Positions 1-10,424 of a DNA stretch of 64,000 nt are shown piece after piece. The stretch comes from Terriglobia bacterium (lineage in GTDB: Bacteria; Acidobacteriota; Terriglobia; 20CM-2-55-15), in the NCBI GenBank assembly GCA_965198225.1, contig CBDAOY010000009.1, forward strand, positions 1,088,001 to 1,152,000, read 5' to 3'. The first letter of the stretch is position 1, and each line of letters starts with the position of its first letter. The notes below the pieces were generated by a model. The model was not told where the DNA came from, did no database searches, and was given only the letters and a program-made list of their open reading frames with translations. Made by a program: the position numbers and the translations under genes.

Positions 1-2
1 TT

Positions 3-224
3 CTGTATGCGGCCCTGCTGCTGGTGGCTCTGTTGCACCAGGACTTCTGGTTCTGGAGCGACCGAACGCTGGTCTTCGGGGTTCTTCCGATCGGGTTGTT
101 GTATCACGTGATCTACACGCTGGCTGTCGTCGGCCTCATGTGGCTCCTGGCCGAGTATGCCTGGCCCGTTCATCTCGATGAGGACACCCCCTCGACCACC
201 TCCGCTCCGGAAGAAACTCCGTAG
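3..224 (+). CDS. Small membrane protein, DUF3311/DUF997-like partner of the SSS transporter (5' end outside window)
   Basis: Frame is open to the window edge (LYAALLLVALLHQDFWFW...FGVLPIGLLYH); two hydrophobic segments; lies 6 bp upstream of an SSS gene. Confidence 0.7.
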   Translation: MYAALLLVALLHQDFWFWSDRTLVFGVLPIGLLYHVIYTLAVVGLMWLLAEYAWPVHLDEDTPSTTSAPEETP

Positions 225-230
225 ACGCCG

Positions 231-1847
231 ATGATTCCAACCATCTTTATCTTCCTCTATCTCACCGGCGCCCTCTCCATCGGTCTGTTGGCGTTCCGCC
301 GCGCACGGAAAGCGAACGTGGAAGACTTCTTCCTCGCGGGCCGTTCGATCGGGTCGTTCGTGTTCGTCCTGTCGCTTTTCGGCACCCACATGACGGCATT
401 CTCGATCCTCGGTGCGTCCGGCTTTTCGTTCACCAACGGGATCATGACCTTTGGCCTGATGGCCTCGTCGTCTGCGCTCGTCGTGCCGGTGCTGCTCTTC
501 TTCATCGGCACGCGGTTGTGGGCCCTGGGCAAGCGCCACGGTTTCATGACGCCCGTGCAGATGTTCCGCGACCGTTGGGAGTGTTCCCATACCGGGACAC
601 TGATCTTCGCAGTGCAGGCGGCGCTGCTTGTGCCCTACATCATCATCGGTGTGATGGGCGGAGGCACGACGCTCGAAGTGATCAGCGGTGGCCGGGTTCC
701 CTACTGGGCGGGGGGCTTGCTCGTCGCTCTGGTGGTCATGAGCTACGTGTTTTTGGGAGGCATGCGGGGTACCGCGTGGGTGAACACGTTCCAGACTCTG
801 CTGTTCCTGGTCTTCGGGACCCTCGCCGTCTTCGTCATCGGGCGGGGGATGGGTGGCTTCGGAACCGTCATGGAGCGGTTGCTCGATTCACCGTCAACCG
901 CAAGCCTGCTCAGCCACGAAAACGTCGCTCCGCTTTTCTTCTTGAGCTACATGTTCATCCCGCTGTCGGCGATTGCGTTCCCGCACATCGGAATCTTCTG
1001 CCTCACGGCCCGCCGGATGAAGCAGTTCAAGCACACGATGATCTTCTACCCGCTGTGTATCCTGGCCGTATGGGTGCCGAGCGTCTACCTGGGCGTTGCA
1101 GCCAACGGGGCGGTGGACATTCCGGCGATTCAGGAGAAGCTCCAGGCGCGTGCCCAGCTCGCCGAACAGGGTGCCCTCATCTCGCCCGCCGAACGCCAGG
1201 CCCTTGCGGGGGCGGCGCGGGGGGACGATGTGCTCATCCGGCTGCTGGATCGTTATGCTTCGGTCTGGCTCGCAGGTTTGCTCGGTGCGGGAATCATGGC
1301 GGCCGTGATGGCCAGCGACTCACAGATCCTGGCGCTGTCGACGATGTTCGCGGAAGACATTTTCGCCTACTACGGGGCCAGGGAACGATTCGGCGAACGG
1401 GTTCAGATCCTGACGGCGCGGGCTTTCGTCATCGCGTTAACCTCCATCGCTTACCTGATTGCCCTTCGCGCGCCGGGGTCGATCTTCACCCTGGCCGTCC
1501 AGTACGCCTTCACCGGCTATGCCGCCCTCTCGCCTCTACTGGTAGCGGCCATCTACTGGCGGGGAAGCACGAAGTGGGGCGCACTGGCCAGCACCGCCTG
1601 GGTTGCCTCCTCCGTCGTCGCTGTCGCACTTTTTCAGCAGTTCGTACCCGCTCCTGCAGGTCTTCCGACTCTCGTTTTCTCGTTGGCAGGGATGGAGGTC
1701 CTGGTCCGTACCGCCGGCGGCACCGCTGTCCTGGGATTGATGCCGGTCGTACCGATCACGGTAATTTCCGCCCTGGTTCTGATCGGCGTTTCTGCGGTGA
1801 CTCCAAAGCCGTCGGATTCCACGCTCGCACGGTATTTCGACAAGTGA
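231..1847 (+). CDS. Sodium:solute symporter family protein
   Basis: [23 protein letters not shown] and AAVMAS-DSQ motifs; many TM helices; 538 aa. Confidence 0.92.
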   Translation: MIPTIFIFLYLTGALSIGLLAFRRARKANVEDFFLAGRSIGSFVFVLSLFGTHMTAFSILGASGFSFTNGIMTFGLMASSSALVVPVLLFFIGTRLWALGKRHGFMTPVQMFRDRWECSHTGTLIFAVQAALLVPYIIIGVMGGGTTLEVISGGRVPYWAGGLLVALVVMSYVFLGGMRGTAWVNTFQTLLFLVFGTLAVFVIGRGMGGFGTVMERLLDSPSTASLLSHENVAPLFFLSYMFIPLSAIAFPHIGIFCLTARRMKQFKHTMIFYPLCILAVWVPSVYLGVAANGAVDIPAIQEKLQARAQLAEQGALISPAERQALAGAARGDDVLIRLLDRYASVWLAGLLGAGIMAAVMASDSQILALSTMFAEDIFAYYGARERFGERVQILTARAFVIALTSIAYLIALRAPGSIFTLAVQYAFTGYAALSPLLVAAIYWRGSTKWGALASTAWVASSVVAVALFQQFVPAPAGLPTLVFSLAGMEVLVRTAGGTAVLGLMPVVPITVISALVLIGVSAVTPKPSDSTLARYFDK

Positions 1848-1869
1848 CGAGTGACGACAACCATCCGTC

Positions 1870-1915
1870 TGCGCCTTTGGCGCATCCACCCTTCCTTATC
1901 CAAGGACGGGAGTGG
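1870..1915. repeat. REP-like short palindromes
   Basis: gcgcc-ttt-ggcgc and ccc.tcctt-atcc-aagga.ggg hairpins just downstream of the SSS stop. Confidence 0.35.
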
Positions 1916-1936
1916 GTTCTCCTCATTACAGGCTTT

Positions 1937-1971
1937 ACCGACTACCGACTACTGACTACTGACTACTGATT
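1937..1971. repeat. Heptamer tandem repeat (AC[C/T]GA[C/T]T) x5
   Basis: accgact accgact actgact actgact actgatt. Confidence 0.8.
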
Positions 1972-2050
1972 TCTGGTATCTTTTCCGCTACAGTCGTCCG
2001 TTAATTAATCAACGGAGTGGGACGTGAACCTTTCCGTTCAGAGGAGATCG

Positions 2051-5000
2051 ATGAAACTACGACGGGTTGCGACAGGTGTTTGCCTCGTCGCCCTGATACT
2101 GGCCACCTCGAGTGTCGCCGTGGCGCAGACTGTGCGCGGCTCGGTTTCCGGAGTGGTTCGGGATCCGTCCGGCGCCGTCGTTCCCGGCGCTGAAGTTGTC
2201 TTGAGACAACCGGACACAAACCGTACACGGACTCTCTCATCCGACCCGGAAGGCGAATTCGCTTTTGCGCTGCTGCCACCGGGAGGCTATGAATTGGAGA
2301 TTCGCCGCGAGGGGTTCCACGTCGGCAACCACTCGCTTGTCCTGCAGCTCAACCAGAATGTCCGGATCGAGCACGAGTTGGCCGTTGCCGGCGCTGCCGA
2401 AGTCGTCGAGATTGTCGAAGGTGAGTTTCTCCGAGTCGATACCGCGTCGCGCAGTACAGTCATCGACAATCGACAGGTGACTCAGCTTCCCCTCGATGGG
2501 CGGAACTTCTTCGAGCTGAGCCTGCTGGTTCCGGGAAGCGCCCCTGCCGCACAAGGTTCTGCGGGCTCGGTACGCGGCGACTTTTCAATCCACGTCAGCG
2601 GCAGCAGGGAAGACTCCAACCTGTTTCTTCTCGACGGTGTTTACAACGGCGATCCGAAACTCAATGGTGTGGGTGTGAATCCACCTGTGGACGCGATTCA
2701 CGAGTTCGAAGTGCTCGGTGTCAACCACCCCGCTTCCTTCGGCCGCAATTCCGGCGGTCAGGTAAACGTCGCCCTCAAATCCGGAAGCAACGAGGTGCAC
2801 GGTACGGTCTTTCAGTTCTTCCGCAACGCGGCTCTGGACGCGCGCAACCGTTTTGCTCCGGCCGGTGAGCCTGATCCCAAGTTCCAGCGGAATCAGTTTG
2901 GCTTCACGCTCGGGGGGCCGATCCGCCGCGATCGAACGTTCTTCTTCGGCGACTACGAAGGACGCATTCTCCGGGAAGGTATCACACGGCTCGCCTCGGT
3001 CCCGACTGCGGCTGAGCGTGCCGGCGATTTCACTGCCAGCAGGCTGCCGGTTCCGAACGTGCCGGGCGTGGGACCGTTGCCGCAGATACCAGGCTTTTTC
3101 CAACACCCGGTTGGCCAGGCGATCGCCGCGCTCTACCCTTTGCCGAACCGCGCCTCACCCGGAGCGAACTTCGTGAGCTCGCCGACACTCGGCGACGACG
3201 AGCACCACTTTGATGTGCGCATCGACCACGCCTTTACTCCGAGCTCCGAGTTCTCTGCGCGCTACAGTTTTGCCGACCGTGACCTTGTCGAGCCCTTTTC
3301 GGGACCGACCTTCTCATTCGTGCCCAACTACGGTAATCAGGTGCTGCGCCGGGCCCAGAACCTGATGCTGGGAGAGACCCATGTTTTTTCGCCCGCATGG
3401 ATCAACGAGGCTCGCTTTGCGTTCCATCGAGTGGCTATCGGCGTCAACCAGGAAGGGCAGGGCACGAGTCTCAACAGCCAGGTCGGACTGCCGGACATCT
3501 CGACCAAGCCGCGAGACTCGGGCCTGAGCTTCATCCGTATCAGCGGACTTTCGCCGCTGGGTCACGAGTTCAACAACCCCCAGGCCAGCGAGTCGAACAC
3601 GTTCCAGTTGATCGACCAGGTCAGTTACGTGAGGGGGCGTCACAACATCAGGTTCGGTGGCGAGTTCCGCGCCATGCGGCAGGACGCTTTCCGTGACGTT
3701 CAATCGCGAGGCATCCTCCAGTTTCTGGGGGTGTTCACCGGTAATCCGCTGGCCGACTTGCTGATGGGTCTGCCGACGGTCACGGGCGTTGCGCAGCTGG
3801 ACAACCCCCAACGGCTTCGGTCCGAGAGCTTCGCCGGCTTCTTCCAGGACAGCTACAGGATCCGGCCCGAACTGACTCTGACGGCCGGGCTGCGCTATGA
3901 GTACACCTCGCCACCGGTCGACGCGGAGGATCGCGCCAACCTGTACGATCCGTCGACGGGCGGACTCGTCCCGGTCGGTACGGGAGGAGTTCCGCGGAGC
4001 GGCTATTTCGACGACCGCAACAACCTTGCTCCCAGCATCGGGCTGGCATGGGCGCCGGGCAGCGGCGATACGGTCCTCCGAGGGGGCTACGGGATCTACT
4101 ACGATCAATCGGCCCTCGCTCCCGGCGAAGGGCTGTATTTCAACGCGCCGTACTTCGACTTCGGGCTGTTCTTCTCGATTCCCCCGCAGGGACCGTTCCC
4201 GGGATTCACCCTGACGTTGACCGATCCGTTTCCCCTCGACACGTTCCCTTTCCCGACGCCGGCTTCAGCGCTGACGTTCGATCGCAATCTGCGAACGCCG
4301 TATGCCCAGCACTGGAATTTCGGGATACAACGGAGCCTGGGAGACACGCGCAGCCTCGAACTCGCGTACGTCGGGACGAAGGGCACGCGATTGATCGGAG
4401 CGCGCGACAGCAACCAGCCTGCGCCTTCGACTGCTCCGCGCAACCGTCGCCCGAATCCGCTGTTCGACGACATCGTTCAAGTCGAATCGCGATCGAGCTC
4501 CATCTACCACGCGCTCCAATCCCGTTTCCAGGAACGCCTCTGGTGCGGCATGACGATGCTGGCCTCCTACACCTGGTCGAAATCACTCGATGACGCGTCG
4601 GGGTTCTTCGCGACTTCGGCCGACCCGAACTTTCCGCAGGACTCGAACAACCTGGCAGCCGAACGCGCGCGGTCGAACTTCGACGTGCGGCACCGCTTCT
4701 CGCTGGCCTACAACTATGACATCCCGCTCGGTTCGTTCGCGGCGAGCTCATTGGCGCGCCACATCTTCGGAGGTTGGCAGACGAACGGCATCCTGGCCCT
4801 TCAGAGCGGACGACCGTTCACGGTGGCGCTGCTGCCGGAGCTGGACAACAGCAACACGGGTCGTTCTGTTCTGGGGTTTGGAGCCAACGACCGGCCGAAT
4901 CTGATCGGCAACCCGGGGATCTCCGACCCCTCTTCCGACGCCTGGTTCGACACGAGGGCTTTTGCGATGCCTCCGTTCGGCAGCTTCGGCAGCGCGGGGC

Positions 5001-5227
5001 GCAACCTGCTGGAGGGGCCCGGGCTGGCCACCTGGAGCGTGTCTCTGGTCCGGACGATGGAGCCGACGGAACAGTTGAGCCTCCAGCTCCGCGTGGAAGC
5101 GTTCAACCTCTTCAACCGGGGGAACCTGGATTTGCCCGACAGTTTCTTCGGTTCGCCGACCTTCGGTCAGGTGCTCTCCGCCGGCAGCCCCCGCCGGTTG
5201 CAGTTCGGCCTCAAGATTTTGTTCTGA
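2051..5227 (+). CDS. TonB-dependent receptor, Oar/Acidobacteria type, with N-terminal carboxypeptidase-regulatory-like domain
   Basis: Signal peptide; GVVRDPSGAVVPGA, LPLDGRNF, KSGSNEVHG and RNQFGFTLGGPI motifs; C-terminus QFGLKILF; GGAG Shine-Dalgarno before ATG 2051. Confidence 0.93.
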   Translation: MKLRRVATGVCLVALILATSSVAVAQTVRGSVSGVVRDPSGAVVPGAEVVLRQPDTNRTRTLSSDPEGEFAFALLPPGGYELEIRREGFHVGNHSLVLQLNQNVRIEHELAVAGAAEVVEIVEGEFLRVDTASRSTVIDNRQVTQLPLDGRNFFELSLLVPGSAPAAQGSAGSVRGDFSIHVSGSREDSNLFLLDGVYNGDPKLNGVGVNPPVDAIHEFEVLGVNHPASFGRNSGGQVNVALKSGSNEVHGTVFQFFRNAALDARNRFAPAGEPDPKFQRNQFGFTLGGPIRRDRTFFFGDYEGRILREGITRLASVPTAAERAGDFTASRLPVPNVPGVGPLPQIPGFFQHPVGQAIAALYPLPNRASPGANFVSSPTLGDDEHHFDVRIDHAFTPSSEFSARYSFADRDLVEPFSGPTFSFVPNYGNQVLRRAQNLMLGETHVFSPAWINEARFAFHRVAIGVNQEGQGTSLNSQVGLPDISTKPRDSGLSFIRISGLSPLGHEFNNPQASESNTFQLIDQVSYVRGRHNIRFGGEFRAMRQDAFRDVQSRGILQFLGVFTGNPLADLLMGLPTVTGVAQLDNPQRLRSESFAGFFQDSYRIRPELTLTAGLRYEYTSPPVDAEDRANLYDPSTGGLVPVGTGGVPRSGYFDDRNNLAPSIGLAWAPGSGDTVLRGGYGIYYDQSALAPGEGLYFNAPYFDFGLFFSIPPQGPFPGFTLTLTDPFPLDTFPFPTPASALTFDRNLRTPYAQHWNFGIQRSLGDTRSLELAYVGTKGTRLIGARDSNQPAPSTAPRNRRPNPLFDDIVQVESRSSSIYHALQSRFQERLWCGMTMLASYTWSKSLDDASGFFATSADPNFPQDSNNLAAERARSNFDVRHRFSLAYNYDIPLGSFAASSLARHIFGGWQTNGILALQSGRPFTVALLPELDNSNTGRSVLGFGANDRPNLIGNPGISDPSSDAWFDTRAFAMPPFGSFGSAGRNLLEGPGLATWSVSLVRTMEPTEQLSLQLRVEAFNLFNRGNLDLPDSFFGSPTFGQVLSAGSPRRLQFGLKILF

Positions 5228-5229
5228 GA

Positions 5230-5880
5230 ATGCTCCAAAGCGTCTCGTCGCGGCGACCGGCTCGCTCGGAATTTTCGCCAGAGGAACGGCTGATCATTCA
5301 GGAGCACCGGACTCCCCTCCAGGTCCAGCGGTACCTTCGCGCCCTACCCTATAACTGGGAGAACACTCTGAGGACGTTCCGAAAAGTGGTCGAGTACGGG
5401 CGGGCCAACTGCATCGAGGCGGCGCTGGCGGCGGCCACGATCATGGAACAGCACGGCTATCCGCCATGGCTGCTCGACATTGAGTCCGTGGATGGGCTGG
5501 ATCACGTCCTGTTCCTGTTCAACGTTCGTGGCCGGTGGGGAACCATCGCCAAGTCCCGGGACGTCGGCCTGCACGGCAGGAAGCCGGTTTTTCGAAGCCT
5601 GCGAGACCTGGTCTTCAGTTATTTCGACCCATACATCGATGGTACGGGAAGAATCAACGGGTACGGCGTCGCTAATCTGGACGAGCTGACGACGAGCAAC
5701 TGGCGTCTCTCTGAGCGTAATGTCTGGGTGGTTGAAAGACGCCTGATCGATATGCCCCACAAGTCGCTCAAGACGTCTGATCGACGCTACGAACAAACTC
5801 TGAACCGATTCCTGCGATTCAAGAAGATTTACCCGGACAAGCCTTTCACTGCGTACCACAATCGCCACCAGTGGATGTAG
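5230..5880 (+). CDS. Hypothetical protein, transglutaminase/papain-like fold (Cys-His)
   Basis: ATG 2 bp after the receptor stop; VQRYLRALPYN, ANCIEAALAAA and DHVLFLF motifs. The upstream part of ORF 4774 is a shadow of the receptor gene. Confidence 0.65.
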   Translation: MLQSVSSRRPARSEFSPEERLIIQEHRTPLQVQRYLRALPYNWENTLRTFRKVVEYGRANCIEAALAAATIMEQHGYPPWLLDIESVDGLDHVLFLFNVRGRWGTIAKSRDVGLHGRKPVFRSLRDLVFSYFDPYIDGTGRINGYGVANLDELTTSNWRLSERNVWVVERRLIDMPHKSLKTSDRRYEQTLNRFLRFKKIYPDKPFTAYHNRHQWM

Positions 5881-5994
5881 CTCGAACCTGTCGAGAGGCG
5901 ACGCTGGTCCGAACTCATGTAGCGACTGAAGAGTGTGAAATTCCAGTGCCAGTCGGAGTACAATCCGCGGATACGACAACCCCGAGGAGGGCCC

Positions 5995-6858
5995 ATGAGA
6001 AGAATGATCGCAATCGTCCTGACGGTCGCATTTGTCCTGACAGTCGCAACCCTACCCGCGGCGGCGCAGCGCGGAGCGGGAACCGAAAGGATCGACGTGA
6101 TGCAGATGCCGCGGCCAATCGAGGCGCTCGATACGGTGTGGATCGAAGAAATGACGTCGCTGGAGGTCCGGGATGCCCTCCGGGCGGGCAAGACGACGGC
6201 TCTGGTCCTGGCGGGAGGCATCGAAGAGAACGGTCCCTATCTGACGACCGGCAAGCATAATCACGTGCTGAGAGTCGTCGGAGAGGCGATCGCCCGAAAA
6301 CTCGGCAACGCCCTGATCGTTCCAATCGTAACGATCGAACCGGGCGACCCGGAGACAAGAACCACACCGGGCACGGTGATCGTCTCCAGACCGACCTACA
6401 AGGCCTGGCTCAGCGACATCGCCACGAGCCTGAGGACGCAGGGTTTCGAGAACATCGTCATGATCGCCGACAGCGGCGGCAACGTAACGCCGATGAGGGA
6501 AGTCACCGAGGCCCTCAACTCGAGTTGGAAGGGCGACAAAGCAGCCGTGCACTACATCGACGAGGCCTATAACTACGACGAGATCCTGGCGTACCAGAAC
6601 GAGGTCATGAAAGTCGAAGAGGTGCGTTATTCCGAGGGCTATCACGACAACTACTACATCACGTCGATGATCATGAACGACAACCTGGATTACGTCCGCT
6701 TGAATCAGCGGATCAAGGCGAACAAGGCGTCGATCAACGGCATCAGCCTCCTGCCGGTCGAGAAGAGCCTGGCCCACGGTCGGGCGCTGATCGAGATGAG
6801 AGCCGACGTCAGCGTCGCGGCGATCAAGAAGGCGGTGGCAGACGCCTCTTCGAATTAG
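5995..6858 (+). CDS. Exported creatininase-family protein
   Basis: GAGGAGG SD; signal peptide; WIEEMTSLEVRDAL, GGIEENGPYL and DSGGN motifs. Confidence 0.85.
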   Translation: MRRMIAIVLTVAFVLTVATLPAAAQRGAGTERIDVMQMPRPIEALDTVWIEEMTSLEVRDALRAGKTTALVLAGGIEENGPYLTTGKHNHVLRVVGEAIARKLGNALIVPIVTIEPGDPETRTTPGTVIVSRPTYKAWLSDIATSLRTQGFENIVMIADSGGNVTPMREVTEALNSSWKGDKAAVHYIDEAYNYDEILAYQNEVMKVEEVRYSEGYHDNYYITSMIMNDNLDYVRLNQRIKANKASINGISLLPVEKSLAHGRALIEMRADVSVAAIKKAVADASSN

Positions 6859-6940
6859 CGCGCGACGCTTGAAAAGGCAGTAATCGAGGGACTCCGGCGG
6901 TGCTCGTCAAAACGCGAGATTCGCTCTTTGTCTTTCCCGC

Positions 6941-6982
6941 AAAAAAATAGCGACGGTCAGCAAACAGCATTGACCGCCGCTA
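6941..6982 (-). terminator. Rho-independent terminator of the minus-strand TonB receptor
   Basis: On the minus strand, TAGCGGCGGTCA..TGACCGTCGCTA stem followed by T7. Confidence 0.8.
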
Positions 6983-7012
6983 CAAGCTCGAATCTTCAGA
7001 CAGTTCAAGCCC

Positions 7013-9940
7013 TCAGAATGTGTACCTCAAACCGAATTGTCCCTGGAACGGGTCGCGGGCCAGGCTCGGTTGTCCAAACCGCGAGGACCGCATGTTTCCG
7101 TTATACTGGACGAAATTGTCGGTGTTGAAGACGTTGAACATCTCCCACATCACTTCGACGCTCTGGCTCTCGCCGAAATTGAAGATCTTCGATGTTCTCA
7201 GGTCGACGATGGACAGTCTGTCGCCTCGCCCGGAATTGTACTCGACACCAGCCGGGCGATCCCGTCGCTGTCCGTCACCGTTGTCGTCGTTGCCCGTCGT
7301 GATGTTGTAGGGCGGGGCCGAGGTAAACTGGGCCACCACCGCCAGCCGAATGCCGTACGGCAACTCGTGGGAGTAGTTTCCGATAAACCGGTGGCGGATG
7401 TCGTTGCGTGTCGGGCCCCAGTCCTGCCGGAGATTGTGATGGTTGCTCGGGCTGCTGGCGAACTCCTTGATGTCGCCCAGAGTGTAATTCATCGAAAGGG
7501 CCCGTCCTGAGAGGAATCTCTTCTCCATGCGGACCTGGAACTGATTGGCCTTCGTGATGTTGCTCTGATCCAGAGCCAACTCCATCCGTATCCCCGATTG
7601 GTCCAGAGGATAGATCTTGGGGAAGTCGGCTCGAGACTGGCCCGACTGGAGGACGCAGTTGGTGATGCACGCGTTGACGTTCCGGTTGAATCCCAGGTCC
7701 TGGCCGAACATGTGGATGAAGTTGAATCCGACCATCGTACCCTGTGCGACCTCGAGGTCCAGTCCCCCCGAGAACTGGTGCATGAAGGGATTCGAAGTGG
7801 TTCGGCTCGGCAGCCGGACCCGGCTCGCGGCCCGCTCGGTCAGGATCGACCGATCGGGCGGGTCACCAAACGATCGTCCCCCCGGATACCCGGGGAAGAA
7901 ATCGTTGGGGACGCCCGACGACCGAACATCGTTCCCGAGATTGGTTTGACGGTACCCTGCATAGTTCTGGACGACACCCCGAACCGAGGAGGTCCACAGC
8001 GAATCGTAGAACACGCCGTAACCGGCGCGGATGACGGCGCGCCCGTTGTTCTGCGGATCCCACGAAAGGCCCACGCGCGGGGAGAAGTTGTTCTTGTCAT
8101 CCGGCACGGGCGCGAAGGGGTGACCCCGCAGTTCGCCGTTCAAGTGACTCTTCCAGAGGTCGAACTCCGACATGCCCTCCGGGAACGGCGTCCCGTCGAT
8201 GTCCCCACGCCACAGCTGCAGATCGTACCGAATGCCGGCATTCACGGTGAGGTTCGGACGCATACGCCAGGAATCGTTGAGGAATACCGCGAAGATGTTC
8301 GAGTTGCGGGTGTAGGCCGCGGTGTCGAAACCCCGGACGTCGATGCTGCCCTTGCGCAGCTCGAGACCCTGGGTGAAGCGGAACGGGAGCGTCGAGGGAT
8401 CGTTCGGGTCGACCGGCAGATCCGACCTGAACTCGTACGTCCCGGGGGTGTTCGCGCTGCTGACGTAGGTCCCGAGAACGCGGTTGGCTTCGCCTCCAAA
8501 CTTGATCGTGTGATTCCCGACGTTGTAGGTCATCGTGTTGGAGAGAATCCAGTTCTGCTGCCGACGGCCCTGGGTGTTGTCCCGGCCGAACCGGATGCTC
8601 GGGAACCTCAACGAGGGCCGGTTCTTGATGGAGTCCCTGAAAAGCTCCTGATCGGACCGGTTGACCCGAAGCTCGTTCACGATGCTCGAGCCGAAGAGCG
8701 ACGAGAGACTGACGGTGATGAAGTGCGAGTTGCGGTCGTCCTCGTAGCCGCTGTCAAAGGAGAGGTTGCCTCCGGCTGTCGTGTTTTCGATGAGGCGGTT
8801 GTCGTAGACACCCACGATATTCAGCGTGTGCTCCGGACTGATCGTGACGCTGCCCTTGGTGAACAGGTTGTGAAACCGCCAGGGGTTGGGGACGTCGGCC
8901 GTGGTGTCGTACCCGATGGAGTCGACGAAGCTCACCAGTTGCGGCGGGATCACGACGAAAGCGACCTGGTCGGCCGATCGTCTCTCGTAGGACACGAAAA
9001 AGTGGGCCTTGTCTTCAACGATCGGTCCCCCTATGGTCCCGCCGTATTGTTCGGACTTGAAGGGCGGCGCCACACCTGTGAAGGCGTTCGGTTTATCGAA
9101 CGCGTCGTCCCGGCGGAAATAGAAGGCGTTGCCGTGAAACTGGTTGGTGCCGGACTTCGTGACGATGTTGATCACCCCGGTGGCCGATCGGCCGAACTCG
9201 GAGGAATAGGAATTAGCCATCACCTGGAACTCCTGGACCGCCTCCTGAGCCAACTGTGTGCGCGTTGCCGACGAAATCGACGATCCGCCGCCCGTGACCT
9301 CGTCGTTGATGTCCACGCCCTCCAGCCACATCGACTTGAAGCGTTCGCCCATCCCCCCGAACGATACCGAATCGGTCAGGGTGCCTCGCGCGTCCGAAGC
9401 CTGATCGGTGACGACGCCCGGCGACAGGAGCGCCAGGTCCATAAAGTCGCGCGACTTCAAAGGCAACTCTCTGATCTTGGTGGTGTCGATCAGCGTCTTG
9501 ATCGTGTTTTCGGTCGTCTCGACCAGCGGGGCCTGCTCGGTCACCGTGATCGTCTCGACCGTCGCCGAGACATCCAGGGCGAAGTCGATCTTCGTGTCGG
9601 ATGCCGCGTTGACCTTGACGCCGGGTCGGGTCACGGTCGTGAAGCCCGGAAACTCGACGGTGACGGTGTATATGACCGGTTGCAAACCATTGAACCGGTA
9701 GGATCCCACTTCGCTGGTCAACGCTTCCCGCGTCGCACCGGTGCCCTCGTTCACTAACCGGACGGTTGCTCCCGGAAGGCGGGCGCCGGTGGCGTCGGTC
9801 ACGTCACCCAGGATCGAACCCACGGTCCCTTGTGAGTACGCCGGCGTTCCCAGCATTGTTATCAAGACCACGGACAAGAGCAGGAATCGGGCTGCTCGCA
9901 TAGTTAGGCCAAACGTGGCCATTAGCGGGTGATGCTTCAT
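7013..9940 (-). CDS. TonB-dependent receptor, Oar/Acidobacteria type
   Basis: GAGGAGG SD; signal peptide; EAVQEFQV, TKSGTNQFHG and QYGGTIGGPI motifs; C-terminus QFGLRYTF. Confidence 0.93.
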   Translation of the reverse strand: MKHHPLMATFGLTMRAARFLLLSVVLITMLGTPAYSQGTVGSILGDVTDATGARLPGATVRLVNEGTGATREALTSEVGSYRFNGLQPVIYTVTVEFPGFTTVTRPGVKVNAASDTKIDFALDVSATVETITVTEQAPLVETTENTIKTLIDTTKIRELPLKSRDFMDLALLSPGVVTDQASDARGTLTDSVSFGGMGERFKSMWLEGVDINDEVTGGGSSISSATRTQLAQEAVQEFQVMANSYSSEFGRSATGVINIVTKSGTNQFHGNAFYFRRDDAFDKPNAFTGVAPPFKSEQYGGTIGGPIVEDKAHFFVSYERRSADQVAFVVIPPQLVSFVDSIGYDTTADVPNPWRFHNLFTKGSVTISPEHTLNIVGVYDNRLIENTTAGGNLSFDSGYEDDRNSHFITVSLSSLFGSSIVNELRVNRSDQELFRDSIKNRPSLRFPSIRFGRDNTQGRRQQNWILSNTMTYNVGNHTIKFGGEANRVLGTYVSSANTPGTYEFRSDLPVDPNDPSTLPFRFTQGLELRKGSIDVRGFDTAAYTRNSNIFAVFLNDSWRMRPNLTVNAGIRYDLQLWRGDIDGTPFPEGMSEFDLWKSHLNGELRGHPFAPVPDDKNNFSPRVGLSWDPQNNGRAVIRAGYGVFYDSLWTSSVRGVVQNYAGYRQTNLGNDVRSSGVPNDFFPGYPGGRSFGDPPDRSILTERAASRVRLPSRTTSNPFMHQFSGGLDLEVAQGTMVGFNFIHMFGQDLGFNRNVNACITNCVLQSGQSRADFPKIYPLDQSGIRMELALDQSNITKANQFQVRMEKRFLSGRALSMNYTLGDIKEFASSPSNHHNLRQDWGPTRNDIRHRFIGNYSHELPYGIRLAVVAQFTSAPPYNITTGNDDNGDGQRRDRPAGVEYNSGRGDRLSIVDLRTSKIFNFGESQSVEVMWEMFNVFNTDNFVQYNGNMRSSRFGQPSLARDPFQGQFGLRYTF

Positions 9941-10112
9941 CAGGTTTCCTCCTCACAGGACCCTCCTGCACACGCACCACCCCTAAGAACCTTCGGGAGT
10001 AGCGTCATGCATGGAAGGGGAACGGAAATTACTAGAAATCTGCACGCTATCCTACCAGCTAGCGTCAAACCCGCGTAACTTGGCCTAGGGTATAAATTCA
10101 AGTAATCCGTTA

Positions 10113-10148
10113 GATATGCATAACACTACAAATAAAGTTATATGCATC
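10113..10148. promoter_or_regulatory. AT-rich imperfect inverted repeat, possible operator in a divergent promoter
   Basis: gatatgcataac-N12-gttatatgcatc within an AT-rich patch between the receptor and acylase genes. Confidence 0.35.
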
Positions 10149-10424
10149 GAGCGTAGGAGCGGTTCACGTCGCAGGATTCGCACGCTAAGTCCGGAGAAAA
10201 CGAATATTCCGCCGAAGCCGGATTCTGAAATCTTCTGCAGGCCAAGGTGGCCGAGTCGTTGCCTGGATCCACCGGTCCTACCGCCGGTTTTCCCACGCCG
10301 GTCAGACACCGAAGATCGAGCCGGGGCTGGGCGCCTTTTCCTTTGACCCCCGGAAGCAAGTCGAGATAGGATGCCGGCTCCTTTTACACCCGCACGAGCA
10401 AAGCGAAAGCCAAGAGGGGGAGTA

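Noticed and set aside
518-1969. 483-aa alternative-frame ORF over the symporter
   Set aside because: Arg/Pro/Gly-rich shadow typical of high-GC DNA; no motifs
4774-5229. N-terminal extension of the 368-aa ORF overlapping the receptor
   Set aside because: Low-complexity shadow; the plausible start is ATG 5230
7598-9757. 719-aa antisense ORF to the TonB receptor (and similar ORFs at 12976, 54234 and 57563)
   Set aside because: Antisense shadows caused by GC3 bias of real genes
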